A stretch of 63,238 nucleotides of DNA, the filler included, from Octopus bimaculoides (Eukaryota), in the NCBI RefSeq assembly GCF_001194135.2. It is 7 parts of 7 records of this genome, joined end to end, with 100 filler letters (N's around TTAATTAATTAA, not from the genome) between each part and the next. Parts side by side here need not be neighbours in the genome. Positions count along the whole stretch, not along the records: positions 24,891 to 38,518 come from NC_068983.1; positions 38,619 to 40,194 come from NW_026416898.1; 5 more parts are not named here. The stretch is one strand, 5' to 3'. Below the pieces are notes generated by a model, which saw only the letters and a program-made list of their open reading frames with translations, made no database searches and was not told the DNA's origin. Position 1 is the stretch's first letter, and every line of letters begins with the position of its first letter. The position numbers and the translations under genes are program-made. Positions 24,955-39,373 of this stretch are shown here, one piece after another.

Positions 24955-25333
24955 TGTATGTGTATGTGCGTGTGTGTGTGTGTATATATATTTGCACACA
25001 AATACGTATATATACATAGACATACATACGTACATATATATATGTGGGTCGGTGTGTATGTATGTACATATATATATATATATGTTTGCGTGTGTATGTT
25101 TGTTTCTATGAACGTATGTATGCATGTACGTATGTATATTTATTTGCATATAATGATATGTTGATATGTAACATTAGAAAAGATTTGCATCTAGCAAGCT
25201 CTTTTAATATTTCGATCAAATTATTTTTGTAACATCACACGTTCCTCACTTGTTTTTTTATTATATTTCCTATATCATATTGCCATATATTTATTTCTTT
25301 TTCGATTACTATTACTATTATTATTATTATTAA

Positions 25334-25379
<46 letters not shown>

Positions 25380-25445
25380 TGGAGTTATTGCTTTTTTCTT
25401 AATATCAGTCTGTTCTCTTTTGGCGTAGAATTGTGAGCATAGCTT

Positions 25446-25537
<92 letters not shown>

Positions 25538-25713
25538 TGCGTATGTTTACAGATATATATATACCAGCATAGTATAACAAAGTATGGTAGAGTTTCATAG
25601 CTGGTATTTCTTTCTTCATCCCGTATATATCCTCCTTCTGACCCCCACTCCCGTATTTCTTTCTCTGGACTACACAGTTTGTGTGTGTCATACACATGTA
25701 TGCATGTACGCAA

Positions 25714-25758
<45 letters not shown>

Positions 25759-26281
25759 NNNNNNNNNNNNNNNNNNNNNNNNNNNNNNNNNNNNNNNNNN
25801 NNNNNNNNNNNNNNNNNNNNNNNNNNNNNNNNNNNNNNNNNNNNNNNNNNNNNNNNNNNNNNNNNNNNNNNNNNNNNNNNNNNNNNNNNNNNNNNNNNNN
25901 NNNNNNNNNNNNNNNNNNNNNNNNNNNNNNNNNNNNNNNNNNNNNNNNNNNNNNNNNNNNNNNNNNNNNNNNNNNNNATATATAAATGTCTGCGTGTATA
26001 TGTTTAGCTGTGTATGTATGCATGTATACATGTTATATATAATTATCTATCTCTTTAAGAATGTATCTTTCAAGTAACACACACTCTTTCTATCTCTTTC
26101 TGCTTCTTTCTCCTTCACTCTCTCTCTCTCTTTCTCCCCCCCCCCTATTTTTCTGTCTGTCTCTCTCTGTCTCTGATTAACTGTCTAAAAAGAAATACGT
26201 ACAGAAAAGTATCATTCTCATATGGCCCACACATGTTGCAAGCAACTGTTCCTTGTGTTTTAATCTTCTTCGTTTACTTAC

Positions 26282-26322
26282 ACGAGACCACGTGCAAAGA
26301 AAAAAGCTCCACCAAAAATTAT
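26282..26322 (-). CDS. Candidate exon (IIFGGAFFFARGL)
   Basis: T-rich tract ending ATAG, donor GTAAGT, 41 nt; ends in phase 2, matching the 24701 exon. Confidence 0.5.
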
Positions 26323-26854
26323 CTATATATATATTAAAACAAAAACAACATACAACATAAACCCCCACGAAACATATACCAATCGTATTTGCACATTAAA
26401 TGGATTAATGGACCTGACAATGACAACCTTATTCCGAATTTGATGAATTCTGAGAATTCTTTTCGAGGCGCTTCATGCTCTGCGAAATTGCTTGTCTTTG
26501 TCATCCAGCACCTGTATAATATATTAAATAAATATGGCACATTTTATTATTATATTGCCTTCTTCCTTGGCATTGATGAGGTGTTGTGTATGTAATACAA
26601 AGGGTGGTGCGTGGTTAGCAACACTGGTAAAGTACATTAATGTTATTAATGGTTCACTGGTAGATCGTAGCATTGGCAGTTAGACTGCTGGAAGAAACTA
26701 TGGCGTACCGTTTCTTCTCACGTCTGTGTCTTGAAATTACTTCAATGCTTTCTGAAATTAATAAGGACTGTACTAGTCGATTTGTACAGTGGATATAATG
26801 GAAAACACCCCCTCGTCGAAAATAGTATGACTTTGTGGTTTTGTGCAATACAGT

Positions 26855-27145
26855 CATGATCATCAACGTCATCGTCGTCAACATCATCACCGTCATCATC
26901 ATCATCATCATCATCATCATCGTCATCGTCGTTGTCGTCAGTACCATCACCGTCATCATCGTCAGCATCATCGTCATCATCATTATCATCGCCGTCAACA
27001 TCATCATCATCATCATCATCATATCATCATCATCATCGTCAATATCATCGTCATAGTTTTCATATAACGTCTCCGGACATCATCATCTTCGGACATCATC
27101 ATTATAGTCATCTTCAATGTCGCTGTCGTCCTCATCATCGTCGTC
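26855..27145. repeat. (CAT/CGT)n trinucleotide repeat
   Basis: Direct reading; source of the poly-H, poly-I and poly-M ORFs. Confidence 0.95.
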
Positions 27146-28715
27146 GTTGTCGCCCTCTTCCTCCTTCTTGCAGAAGGAGGTGTAGCACGAAAGACGCCCT
27201 CGTCAGTTGACCCTCATTTTCGTTTTAGTCGTCAGCGTTTTGTCACTGATCCACATGTGACGCATATTCAGAAATATCTAGACTGTTGTGACTGACAACG
27301 ACGACAAATACGTGGTGTGGGTATCTTTCGTGGGACGGGTCTTTCTACAGCGCATCACTGGGACCGAAATGTATTCATGGATCCAGCGTATATCGTGTTC
27401 GGATGGTTATTATGCAGAATGTTGCCGATTGCTCATAGAACTTGAAGAACGCGACGAAGTCTGCAAGAAAATAACACTAAAATTCAACGCAGGTTTAGTT
27501 ATCAAGAACTAAAGATGGCCTCAGATTGACTCTAGTCATCGGCAAAAAAGACCTGAACTGTAAATTCTGGAGAGAGTGAAAACAAACAATTTTCCAAGAT
27601 TCTCGGCATGTGGTTCTACAAAGAACCATTGTTTATTTGAGACAAGCTTTACTGGCTTGCAAGCGCCTAAAGTTAAACATGTCCAAATGGTTGAAGAGGA
27701 AAGAAAATATCCTGCACGCAGCCATTCCGTGTCCTTAACTTAATCACTGATGGACTTGTGTCGAACAGATGCTGCCACATGTAGGACCGTTCGGCTGTCC
27801 GTTGAGTCTATAATAAAGATTGACGAACCGCATATCTTTAGCAAGGAAGGAAAGTAAATCTTTCTATGCTTGGTGAATTTGGCATTTCCAAACGACCCAA
27901 CCTATCATGAGCTATTTCAAGTACCACTTGAAGAAGGAGGTGGATAGATAGGGAAGGGTTGCCTTATGTATTCAATGATAAGTGGATGAAATTAGGAAGA
28001 GTGGTGAATTTGAATGGGTCTACCATGTGTATGCTTTTCTGAGTAAGCGGAAAAATACTGAAAGAAGTATCATTTGATGCCTTGGGGATGACAGAGTAAT
28101 TCCGGCCTTGCTCTGAATTACTCTAGGTTGATTGTCCCGTTAATGAGGAATTTTAATTGTTGAAATTTTGTTGGAAATTTATTTTTGATTCATTTGTATG
28201 AGGCATGGAAACAGAAAATATCTCTGCGATAATAGGTTTTTAATAATTATGAAAAAATCATGCAGTGAAATACATAAACAAACCCCCAGGACTTACAAAT
28301 ATTTACAACGTACCGAAAATAGCACTGCTAGGCATTGCACATATTTTACGTAGAGCACTTTCAATGAAATAAGAATAAAAATACCCAAACAACCCACAGC
28401 GCATACCTAATGCACACAGAGCTGCACTCAGTCGTGCAGTGAAAGCATGCAACAAAAATAAGACTAGTTAATTATGATTATTCTTTCTGCAATAGGCACA
28501 AGGCCCTAATTTATGAGTGGAGGGGACTAGTCGATTACGTCGATCCCACTGCTCAACTGGTACTTATTTTGTCAACCCTGAAAGAATGAAAAACAAATTC
28601 ATTCTCAGCGGCGTTCAAAATGCAGAAAGAGAAACCGGAAAATATAGTCACTAAGCATTTTTTTTCGACGTGATAACGATTCTGCCTCCTAGTCACGATC
28701 TTAGTAGTAGTAGTA

Positions 28716-29584
<869 letters not shown>

Positions 29585-29855
29585 TGAAAGTGGATATGGC
29601 AAGACTGTATAGAATGCGAGAACGTAATGTAAAAGTGATACCAGTGGTTATCGGAGCTTTGGGCTCAATCCCATTGAAACTTCAAGACTTTTTAAGGCAA
29701 CTGGAAATCCCATGCAAGATTGATGTGTTGCAAAAAGCAGCCTTATATGGCACAGCGCACATCTTAAGGAAAGTATTATCTGTCTGAGATCCTTGTGACT
29801 TAACAAGTAAGTAAAGACTCCGATGCATTTTACCTACATTGTGTTACGAAGGAAA
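29585..29855 (+). mobile_element. R4/Dong-clade 3' end (restriction-like endonuclease C-terminus)
   Basis: LKVDMARLY..VKVIPVVIGALGSIP..LQKAALYGTAHILRKVL*, flanked by (TAA)n and (CAA)/(TAA)n. Confidence 0.88.
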
Positions 29856-29891
29856 AACAACAACAACAACAACAACAATAATAGTAATAAT

Positions 29892-29951
<60 letters not shown>

Positions 29952-29984
29952 TATAACAACAACAACGACAACAACAATAATCTT

Positions 29985-30352
29985 CGTGGCACTCCGTCGG
30001 TTACGACGACGTTGGTTCCAGCTAATCCGATCAACGGAACAGCCTGCACGTGAAATTAACGTGCAAGAGGTTGAGCACTCCACGGACACGTGTACCCTTA
30101 ACGTAGTTCTTGGGGAGATTCAGCGTGACACAGAGTGTGACAAGGCTGGCCCTTTGAAATACAGGCACAACAGAAACAGGAAGAAAGAGTGAGAGAAAGT
30201 TGTGTTGAAAGAGTACAGCAGGGTTTGCCACCACCCTCTGCCGGAGTCTCGTGGAGTTTTAGGTGTTTTCGCTCAATAAACACTCACAACGCTCAATAAA
30301 CACTCCTATGACCGCGAATCCGATGCCCTAACTACTGGGCCATTGCGGCTCC
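29985..30352 (-). mobile_element. SINE family E inside the microsatellite array
   Basis: GGAGCCGCAATGGCCCAGTAGTTAGGGCATCGG head on the minus strand; body matches 59893-60132. Confidence 0.88.
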
Positions 30353-30354
30353 AC

Positions 30355-30435
<81 letters not shown>

Positions 30436-30488
30436 ACTACTACTACTAATAATAATAATAATAATAATAATAAGAAGAAGAAGAAGAA

Positions 30489-30765
30489 GGCTTTGTAATT
30501 GCAGCACAAGGTCAGAGCTTACCTATCTGGAACTACTATGTAAACGTCCTTAAAGATGGATCTGACCCGTCGTGCAGAATTTGTGGAAAATTCACTGAGA
30601 CAATTGATCATGTCGTTTCTGGATGCCCAGTGCTCGTTGAAAAGCAGTATCTCATAAAACATGACAGACTAAGGCAGTACATCCACTGGAATGCTTGTGA
30701 ATACTACAAGATTAAATCCCATGATAAGTGGCACAGGCACCATCCAGAGGATGTAGTAAATTGCG
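30489..30765 (+). pseudogene. R4/Dong-clade CCHC zinc-knuckle fragment
   Basis: GFVIAAQGQSL..CRICGKFTETIDHVVSGCPVL..KHDRLRQYIHWNAC..WHRHHPE, starting directly after (TAA)n(GAA)n. Confidence 0.88.
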
Positions 30766-30994
30766 AGTAATTTACTCCTGGAGGTCATTCGTAAAGCGAA
30801 GACTCATAAAGCAGAGCAATGATTTTCTGTTGTAGAAATGTTATTAATTGTAATTCGTTCTCAGAAAAATATTTTGCCTCTAAAATTTATAATACTCGTA
30901 AATAAATGGCAATAAAACAACAGCAGAACGTAAATAATATTTTATGAAAAGTAAAAAGAATGTCAAGATCATTTATAATAAAATATATTATTAT

Positions 30995-31405
30995 GGCGCA
31001 GGAGTGGATGTGTGGTAGGTAGCTTGCTTAAGTAGCTTGCTTAAGTAGCTTGCTTAACAACCACATGGTTCCGGGTTCATTCCTACTGCGTGGCACCTTG
31101 GGTAAGTGTCTTCTACTATAGCCTCGGGCTGACCACAGCCTTGTGAGTGGATTTGGTAGACGGAAACTGAAAGAAGCCTGTCATATATACGTATATATAT
31201 ATATGTATATGTGTGTACATGTTTGTGTGTCTGGGTTTGTCCCCCCAACATCGCTTGACAACCCGTGCTGGTGTGTTTACGTCCCCGTAACTTAGCGGTT
31301 CGGCATAAGAGACCGATAGAATAAGTACTAGGCATCCAAAGAATAAGTCCTGGGGTCGATTTGCTCGACTAAAGGCGGTGCTCCAGCATGGCCGCAGTCA
31401 AATGA
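30995..31405 (+). mobile_element. SINE family A, best-preserved copy
   Basis: GGCGCAGGAGTGGATGTGTGG head with a locally triplicated AGTAGCTTGCTTA, B-box-like GGGTTCATTCC, full tail. Confidence 0.93.
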
Positions 31406-32894
31406 CTGAAACAAGTAAAAGAGTAAAACCCAATACCTCCCATAATTCTATTAACTGGAATATTTTTTCTTATGAAACTTTGATTTCTAGCATAAAACAG
31501 CCTTAGAAACATGCTGGAATGATCAAAATAACATTTCAGAATAATATTTCAAAATAACATTTTAAATAGAAATAAGCGAGATATTGGGTAAAAAATTAGC
31601 AAACTTCATTTGAATATCAGAGAAATATACGTAGTAGATATAGCAAAAAGGTTAGATATGCGTAAATATTGACATATAATTACGAAATTTATAATTTTTA
31701 AGTGATCTCATATGAGATCACTGGTAGGTAATGGGTTAATACAATCGTTTACTGAATCATTTTCACTCGCACTAGACTCGCGCGCACCATCACTTGTAGA
31801 CGCGATGGCCGATTTACAAGTAGTCGTAGAGAGACTCGTAGATTTCATTTTAAAAAGCAAGTCTAGAGTTCAAAATTTTGAACCATACGTTCAAAATTTG
31901 GATATTACGCTTGAAAAATACAACTCGTAAACTCCGGGTCTTATAAGGGGGGTCCTCGTAAAGTGAGGCATTACTGTATGTGTATTTAACACCATCTCAA
32001 CAATCAAATTGCTTCATTAAAGTGTACAATTCCATCAAAAAATTTTCAAAAATTACAGTGGAATTACCACAAGCAGCACAAGTTTATAGTGTTATAATAG
32101 AATTAGTTCGTACGAAGGATAGATTATCAGATTAAAGGATTTATACATCTTAACTATGTCTACGTTTTACGCCCAAATCATGCTGCGATCGTTTCTACTT
32201 TTCATGTTTCTGGAGTTTTGATGTGGATTAGATAATGTTGCTTGTCATCTCTGCTGTGGAAGATTTAATGAATTATAAACGTCAATTTCCTATAAATATT
32301 TCTATTATTACAGAAATGTTTGATGTAGTTGTGGTTATTGTTGTTGTTATTCATCTGGCGGTTCATTCTGATTCACATTCCGGACCCATATACTGCCATA
32401 TGTGCTCCATCTGCCAAAAAAAGTAAATACATATAAAAAGCCTGCAAAAACCAAAAAAAAACCCCAAAAAACCACATTTCTATGCGCAGAGAAGAAAAAA
32501 AAACATAAAAACGAAGCAGGTCCACAGCTAGTCACACAAGCACTCGTATACAACACAGATTTATACAAACAATGACATCTAATCCACTTTGAAATGTATG
32601 TAGTATTTTTACATACATATACATATACATAAACTCACCTAGACAAGATTCAACACGCATATGCCATCTAAATAATGCCGAGTATTTTTTTTTTATTTAT
32701 TTGGTTCTGTTGTTTTGCTTCTTGTACTAAGATGCTTTTGAACTTATTAACTTACATAGCTGTAGTTCCTAGGCCGCTATATTCGAATTCCCCTAATACA
32801 CTTAAATTATATATACACACGTGCATGGTATACAAACACACACACATACATATATACATACACACACGCACATTTATACATACATACGTACATT

Positions 32895-32943
<49 letters not shown>

Positions 32944-33604
32944 NNNNNNNNNNNNNNNNNNNNNNNNNNNNNNNNNNNNNNNNNNNNNNNNNNNNNNNNN
33001 NNNNNNNNNNNNNNNNNNNNNNNNNNNNNNNNNNNNNNNNNNNNNNNNNNNNNNNNNNNNNNNNNNNNNNNNNNNNNNNNNNNNNNNNNNNNNNNNNNNN
33101 NNNNNNNNNNNNNNNNNNNNNNNNNNNNNNNNNNNNNNNNNNNNNNNNNNNNNNNNNNNNNNNNNNNNNNNNNNNNNNNNNNNNNNNNNNNNNNNNNNNN
33201 NNNNNNNNNNNNNNNNNNNNNNNNNNNNNNNNNNNNNNNNNNNNNNNNNNNNNNNNNNNNNNNNNNNNNNNNNNNNNNNNNNNNNNNNNNNNNNNNNNNN
33301 NNNNNNNNNNNNNNNNNNNNNNNNNNNNNNNNNNNNNNNNNNNNNNNNNNNNNNNNNNNNNNNNNNNNNNNNNNNNNNNNNNNNNNNNNNNNNNNNNNNN
33401 NNNNNNNNNNNNNNNNNNNNNNNNNNNNNNNNNNNNNNNNNNNNNNNNNNNNNNNNNNNNNNNNNNNNNNNNNNNNNNNNNNNNNNNNNNNNNNNNNNNN
33501 NNNNNNNNNNNNNNNNNNNNNNNNNNNNNNNNNNNNNNNNNNNNNNNNNNNNNNNNNNNNNNNNNNNNNNNNNNNNNNNNNNNNNNNNNNNNNNNNNNNN
33601 NNNN

Positions 33605-33609
<5 letters not shown>

Positions 33610-33652
<43 letters not shown>

Positions 33653-33787
33653 GTGTATGTATGTATGTATGTATGTATGTATGTGTGTCTGTGTTTGTCC
33701 CCCAACATCGCTTGACAACCGATGCTGGTGTGTTTACGTCCCCGTAACCTTGCGGTTCGGCAAAAAGATACCGATAGAATAAGTACG
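33610..33787 (+). mobile_element. SINE family A 3' half, adjoining an N gap at its microsatellite
   Basis: GTTTGTCCCCCAACATCGCTTGACAACCGATGCTGG..CCGATAGAATAAGTAC. Confidence 0.9.
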
Positions 33788-34711
33788 CGTATATGTGCGT
33801 GTGGAAAGGGGCTTGTGACCATGACATGGACGTGTGTGCATGTGTAGGTGTGTGGATGATCGTGTAGATGCTGGAAAGTGGTCAGTGCTAATGTGTGCGC
33901 TGGTGTGGGTGCTGGGAAGTGGTCAGTGCTTGTGTATGGTTGGTTGATGTGATGTGGTGTGGTATGGTGGTATGTGGTATGGTGGTGTGGTGTCCTGGTG
34001 TGTGGTGTGGTGGTGTTGGTGTGTGGGGATGATGAGAGTGGGGAAAGCAAGGTTGGGATCTAAAGGATGGGGTTGGGGTGGGATGGGACGTATAGGGATG
34101 GTGCAGTTGAAATGTATACGGGTGGCGTAACGAGGGAGAGGGTGACGATGAAGGGAAAGGGTGGAATGGAGAAGCTGGGTAGGAGTGAAGAGAGAAAGTA
34201 GGTATATATGAGATAAGTTTTAAATAATGGCCTTTATAAGAACAAATTTGGCTTACGGTTGTTTCCAGTAGGCATTATAGATAGGTTTACGCAATTGGTC
34301 TATTGATCAATTGATGTAAATTGAACGATCTAAGAAAATTAATGCTGCTATCCTCAGACCCATTATACACATGTATATAACACAGAAAATAGGAAATATT
34401 TTGGTATCCTTTATTGACACATTTCATTTGCTAAAAGCAATTACAAAGATTAACATGTTAGAAAGACCTATTAGGAAATTTCTATAAGAAATTTTTCAGA
34501 CAGAGAAATTAATACGAATTTTACTTGTGGATGAAGCGTAAAACGTAAAAATCCAAACTTCAAAATCCTAAAGTAAAATTTGCATTATTTTGAACTAACA
34601 TACAGCAGCAACTGAGACTACGTATTCGATAGTAATAATGGAATATCCAGATGTGCTTCAAAAGAAACCAGCTGGTATTTACCCTAACTATCTACGGAAT
34701 ACATACATACA

Positions 34712-34742
<31 letters not shown>

Positions 34743-35036
34743 ATATATACATATTTATGTATGTATGTGTATATGTATATACATATATATTTATATGTAT
34801 GTATACATAAACATATATAGATGAATATATTTTCATAGATACATTTGCTTTTCGGTGTGCAAGCAAAAACAAAAAAAAACAAAAAACAAAAAAAAACAGG
34901 TCACAATATATAAACTAGATTTTGAGCTATTCATTAACAACGGGCGATTCGCTCATTCGCTAATCATGTTTTCTGATTGGAGGCTCCGAGTGACAAAAAG
35001 GCAAATCGACTTCCTGTTTCATGTGTATATATATAC

Positions 35037-35076
<40 letters not shown>

Positions 35077-35996
35077 GCATGTGTTTGATTGCCTGTATAT
35101 ATAAACACATATACATATACTTATATATATGTGTGTGTGTGTGTGCGTGTATATGTATGTATGTATTATTGTATTTATGTATGTACACATTCATATAAAG
35201 AAAAGGGTGTGGAGAACGTGTGATTCATGGTTGAGGCAGACGAACAGGGCAAAAAAAGTGATACTAAGAATGTAAGGAAATCACAATACTGTTCAGTGTC
35301 ATTGTTTATTTTTGCTTTTCTATTTTACTGCTTTCAGCCGTTGCATCAGACCCTAGAAAAAACATCAACATAAACACAAACAACAACAAACGCAAAACCA
35401 GCAACAACAATAATAATAATAATAAGGAGAACAGACAAAACTGAGGTTTCTCATTAATTTCTTCAGTGATTTCATTGGGTGGCGTGGAGGTCGTAGTTTG
35501 TATACCGATACCTCAGCTTCCACTTTCTCTTCCTCCACCTTGTTGTCTCTTCCTCCCTCTCTTTCTCTCTCTCTCACGCCATAGTAAACACTCGCAAAGA
35601 TATACCAATTCATACATACAGATATACAAAGAACCTGATATATGAAATATATAACTAGTCAGACATATTATCAAAGGAAAGTAAAAGATCTCAAATGTGT
35701 ATACTACAGATTTTTCACACCGACTTCTTATTCTTCAACACCCTTTAAAATACTTTTTGATTTTTCCCTGTGTTTTTCACTTTATTTGCTTATTTGAATA
35801 GTCTCATTGTTTTTTTTTTTCAATAATTACCATTCATATTTGTTTATGTTGTTTTCTTTTTGTCTTCTATTGATAAGGAAATGAGTCTTGTTATTTTTTT
35901 AGCTGAAAATTAAAGCTAAAATCGTTGTTTCAGTAAACTGACCCACCTTTCCAGAACTTATACACGGGCCATGGTCACATTTTCACGCAAGCGCGC

Positions 35997-36050
<54 letters not shown>

Positions 36051-36902
36051 ACACACACACACACGCAGAAACACACACACACACACACAGACAAGCACAC
36101 TCTCACCCTCCACACACTTATACACACACACAAACACACAGAAATGTATGTATAAATATAAATGACAGAGTTTGCGTGTGTTTGTGTGTTGTGTTTGTGT
36201 TGGCGCGTATGTTGTTTATGGATTCGAAAACTCAGATGCCGAATTTGACGAAAGAGGTATCAAAAGATTCAGTAATCTCTAAGCTACCAAATAAAGTATG
36301 TCTTTTGTACAACTCTTTTTACTACAAAAATTAAACTCGAAAACGAGGTCGGGTCGCACAATTTTGAGGTCTTTAGCTAAGGGAGGCAAATATGACCGAA
36401 CAGTCTCTATGAGAAAATATGTAATATACATGGAGTTTTACCAGGGAATGAAACTTCGAATATATATCATCAAATTTATCAGTATTATTTTGTAGATAAT
36501 CTTTTAATGTGAGGTATGTTTGTGTGTGTGTTTTGTTTATCCCAGAGTTGCGTCTGATGTAGCAGAATCATCGTATAGTTTTTTTTCCTTCCTGAAATTC
36601 TGTAAATCTCTGTATTTCTTTTCAAGTTACCACAGAGACACCTCTGTGTATGGCTGTGTTTTCTTGTGGTGAAAAACATTTTGCACAATATTTTTCTAAA
36701 ACATCTGGGATCTTTTTTGCTGCTAACCATTCAACTTCAAATTACAATTGTTAATTGTTCGAAGTGAAGTACACTGAGATGTACATATGGTGTCATCGTT
36801 TAGAGTGGAACTTCAATCCATTACTTTAATTTTCAAGCTATTAAGTCTTTGAACATTATTTCACTGGGTGAGTATATATATATATATATATATATATAAG
36901 TA

Positions 36903-36945
36903 TACGAGGTTTGATCAATAAGTATCCAGAATTGCCGAATTTTTG
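36903..36945 (+). mobile_element. Solo mariner TIR related to the 5403 element
   Basis: TACGAGGTTTGATCAATAAGTATCCAGAATTG. Confidence 0.6.
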
Positions 36946-37438
36946 AAAGTGATAACCCATTATGGCGACAGTCAAAAGACTGTCGCCTTCATGGGGTATC
37001 ACCTTCAATAATTTAATTGATCATACTGACCTCAGTACGCATTTCAATCTGGCATATATTTTATGTATCTCTACTTGACTAACTGCTAACTTTGAGACAT
37101 AGTGGGACACAATACTCGATTTAACAAGAAATGTAAACACACACACGTACACATATTAGGTGCAAGCATGATTGTGTGGTTGAGAAGTTTGCTTCCTAAC
37201 TACATGGTTCTACTTTTAGTCCCTTTGCATGGTACCTTTGGCAAGTGTTTTCTACTATAGCTCTAGTCCAATCACAGATTTGTGACTGAATTTGGTAGAC
37301 GGAAACTGCAACGTTGTTAATCAGAAAATGACAGAAAAACATATTTATAAAGAAGAGCTGTTTGCCTCATACTCTTCGTGTGCCGATTCTGCCTTTAAGA
37401 GAGGAACAAATAGTACAGTGCCGCTGTCGGTCATAACA

Positions 37439-37467
37439 CCCGGGCAACGCTGGGATGCATTGCTAAT
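37439..37467 (+). mobile_element. Helitron-type 3' terminus
   Basis: CCCGGGCAACGCTGGG hairpin then ..GCTAAT, similar to the 11829 terminus. Confidence 0.5.
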
Positions 37468-38619
37468 ATACATACATATATNNNNNNNNNNNNNNNNNNN
37501 NNNNNNNNNNNNNNNNNNNNNNNNNNNNNNNNNNNNNNNNNNNNNNNNNNNNNNNNNNNNNNNNNNNNNNNNNNNNNNNNNNNNNNNNNNNNNNNNNNNN
37601 NNNNNNNNNNNNNNNNNNNNNNNNNNNNNNNNNNNNNNNNNNNNNNNNNNNNNNNNNNNNNTATATATATATATATATTATAAATTGATATGTAGGTACA
37701 TATATATGCGCATACATATACATGTATATGTATATGCAGTTATATAAACACACGCACGCACACACACACACACGTATATATACACATATATACATATAAA
37801 TGTAAGTGTGTATGTATATATCAATAAATATTCGTATATTCATATGTATAAGCATATGAGTATATATGCACACACATTTCTCGTACATATTAAATATATG
37901 TGTTTGTGTTTGTGCGTGTGTATGTATTCATGTCTGTCTGTATGTGTGTATGTCTTTCTGTATGTATGTATGAATGTATGTATGTATGTATCTAGGTAGG
38001 AAGGTAGGTAGGTAAGTATACATGTCATTAGCGAAATATGCACGTCTAAGTTCAACCAGTTAATTAATGCCATGCAGATGGTTCGTTTCATTTACCGGTT
38101 TACGTTCCTCATAAACTTCAACGAATTTTCTCCATACCATATTACTTTCATAAAGTTTATATTGCTGCTGGTGTAGGCTTTCTTATTTTTCTATCTATTG
38201 TCTTCTTTGTCTATCTTTCTCTCAACTCATTCCTTCACTATTTGTTTTTCCCACATACATACATGCATACATACATACATACATACATACATACATACAT
38301 ACATACATGCATACATACAAAAATACAGTGTTGTTGATGTTGAAATTCCAATGAAGGAACCTTGGAGCTAGGTTAGAAACCAGCCCTGTTTCTATTGGCA
38401 ACAAATTTTGAAATAATCTGAATAATGACATACATACACGTGTATGTATATTTACATATACACATATGTATGAATATATACATACATATATATATATATA
38501 TGCATATATATATATATANNNNNNNNNNNNNNNNNNNNNNNNNNNNNNNNNNNNNNNNNNNNTTAATTAATTAANNNNNNNNNNNNNNNNNNNNNNNNNN
38601 NNNNNNNNNNNNNNNNNNA

Positions 38620-39342
38620 GAGAGAGAAAGGAGAAAGAGAAGGAGAACGATACGAAAAAGGGATAAAGTGAATGAGAGAAAAGAAGAGAGGGAGAAAGAG
38701 AGAAGGCAAAAAGAGAGAGATAAAGAAGAGAGAAAAGAAAAGCAAGAGAGACTGAGTGAAGAGAAAAAAAATGGGGAGAAAAAAAGAGGGAAAAGAAAAG
38801 AGAAAGTGAGAGATTAGAAAAAGAGTGGGAAGGAAGGAGAAAAGAAACAGAGTGGAGAATTTAGGAAACAAAACGGGGGGAGAAGAAGAAAGATATAGAA
38901 GAAAGAAAGGAAGAGGGAGAGAAAGAAGAGAGAAAAAGAATGTGAAAAATAGACATAGACAGAGAGAAAGATAGAAAAAAGAATGAGAGAGAGAGTGAGA
39001 TAAAAAGAAAAGAAAAGGGAGAGAGAGAGAAATGAAAGAGTGAAAAAGAGGAAAGAAAAGGAGAACGAGAGAAAAGGGAGAGAGAGAGAAAGAGAGAAAA
39101 GGAAGAAAATGAGAGAAAAGAAGGAGAAAGAAAGAAATGAAAGAGAGAAACAGAGGAAAAAAAAGGAGAATGAGATAGAGAGAGAGAAAGAAAAGGAAGA
39201 GAATGAGAGGAAAGAAGGAGAAAGAAAGAAATTAAAGAGTGAAAAAGTGGAAAGAAAAGGAGAATGAGAGAGAGAGAGAATGAGAGAAAAGAAGTAGAAA
39301 GAAAGAAATGAAAGAGTGAAAAAGAGGAAAGAAAAGGAGAAT

Positions 39343-39373
<31 letters not shown>

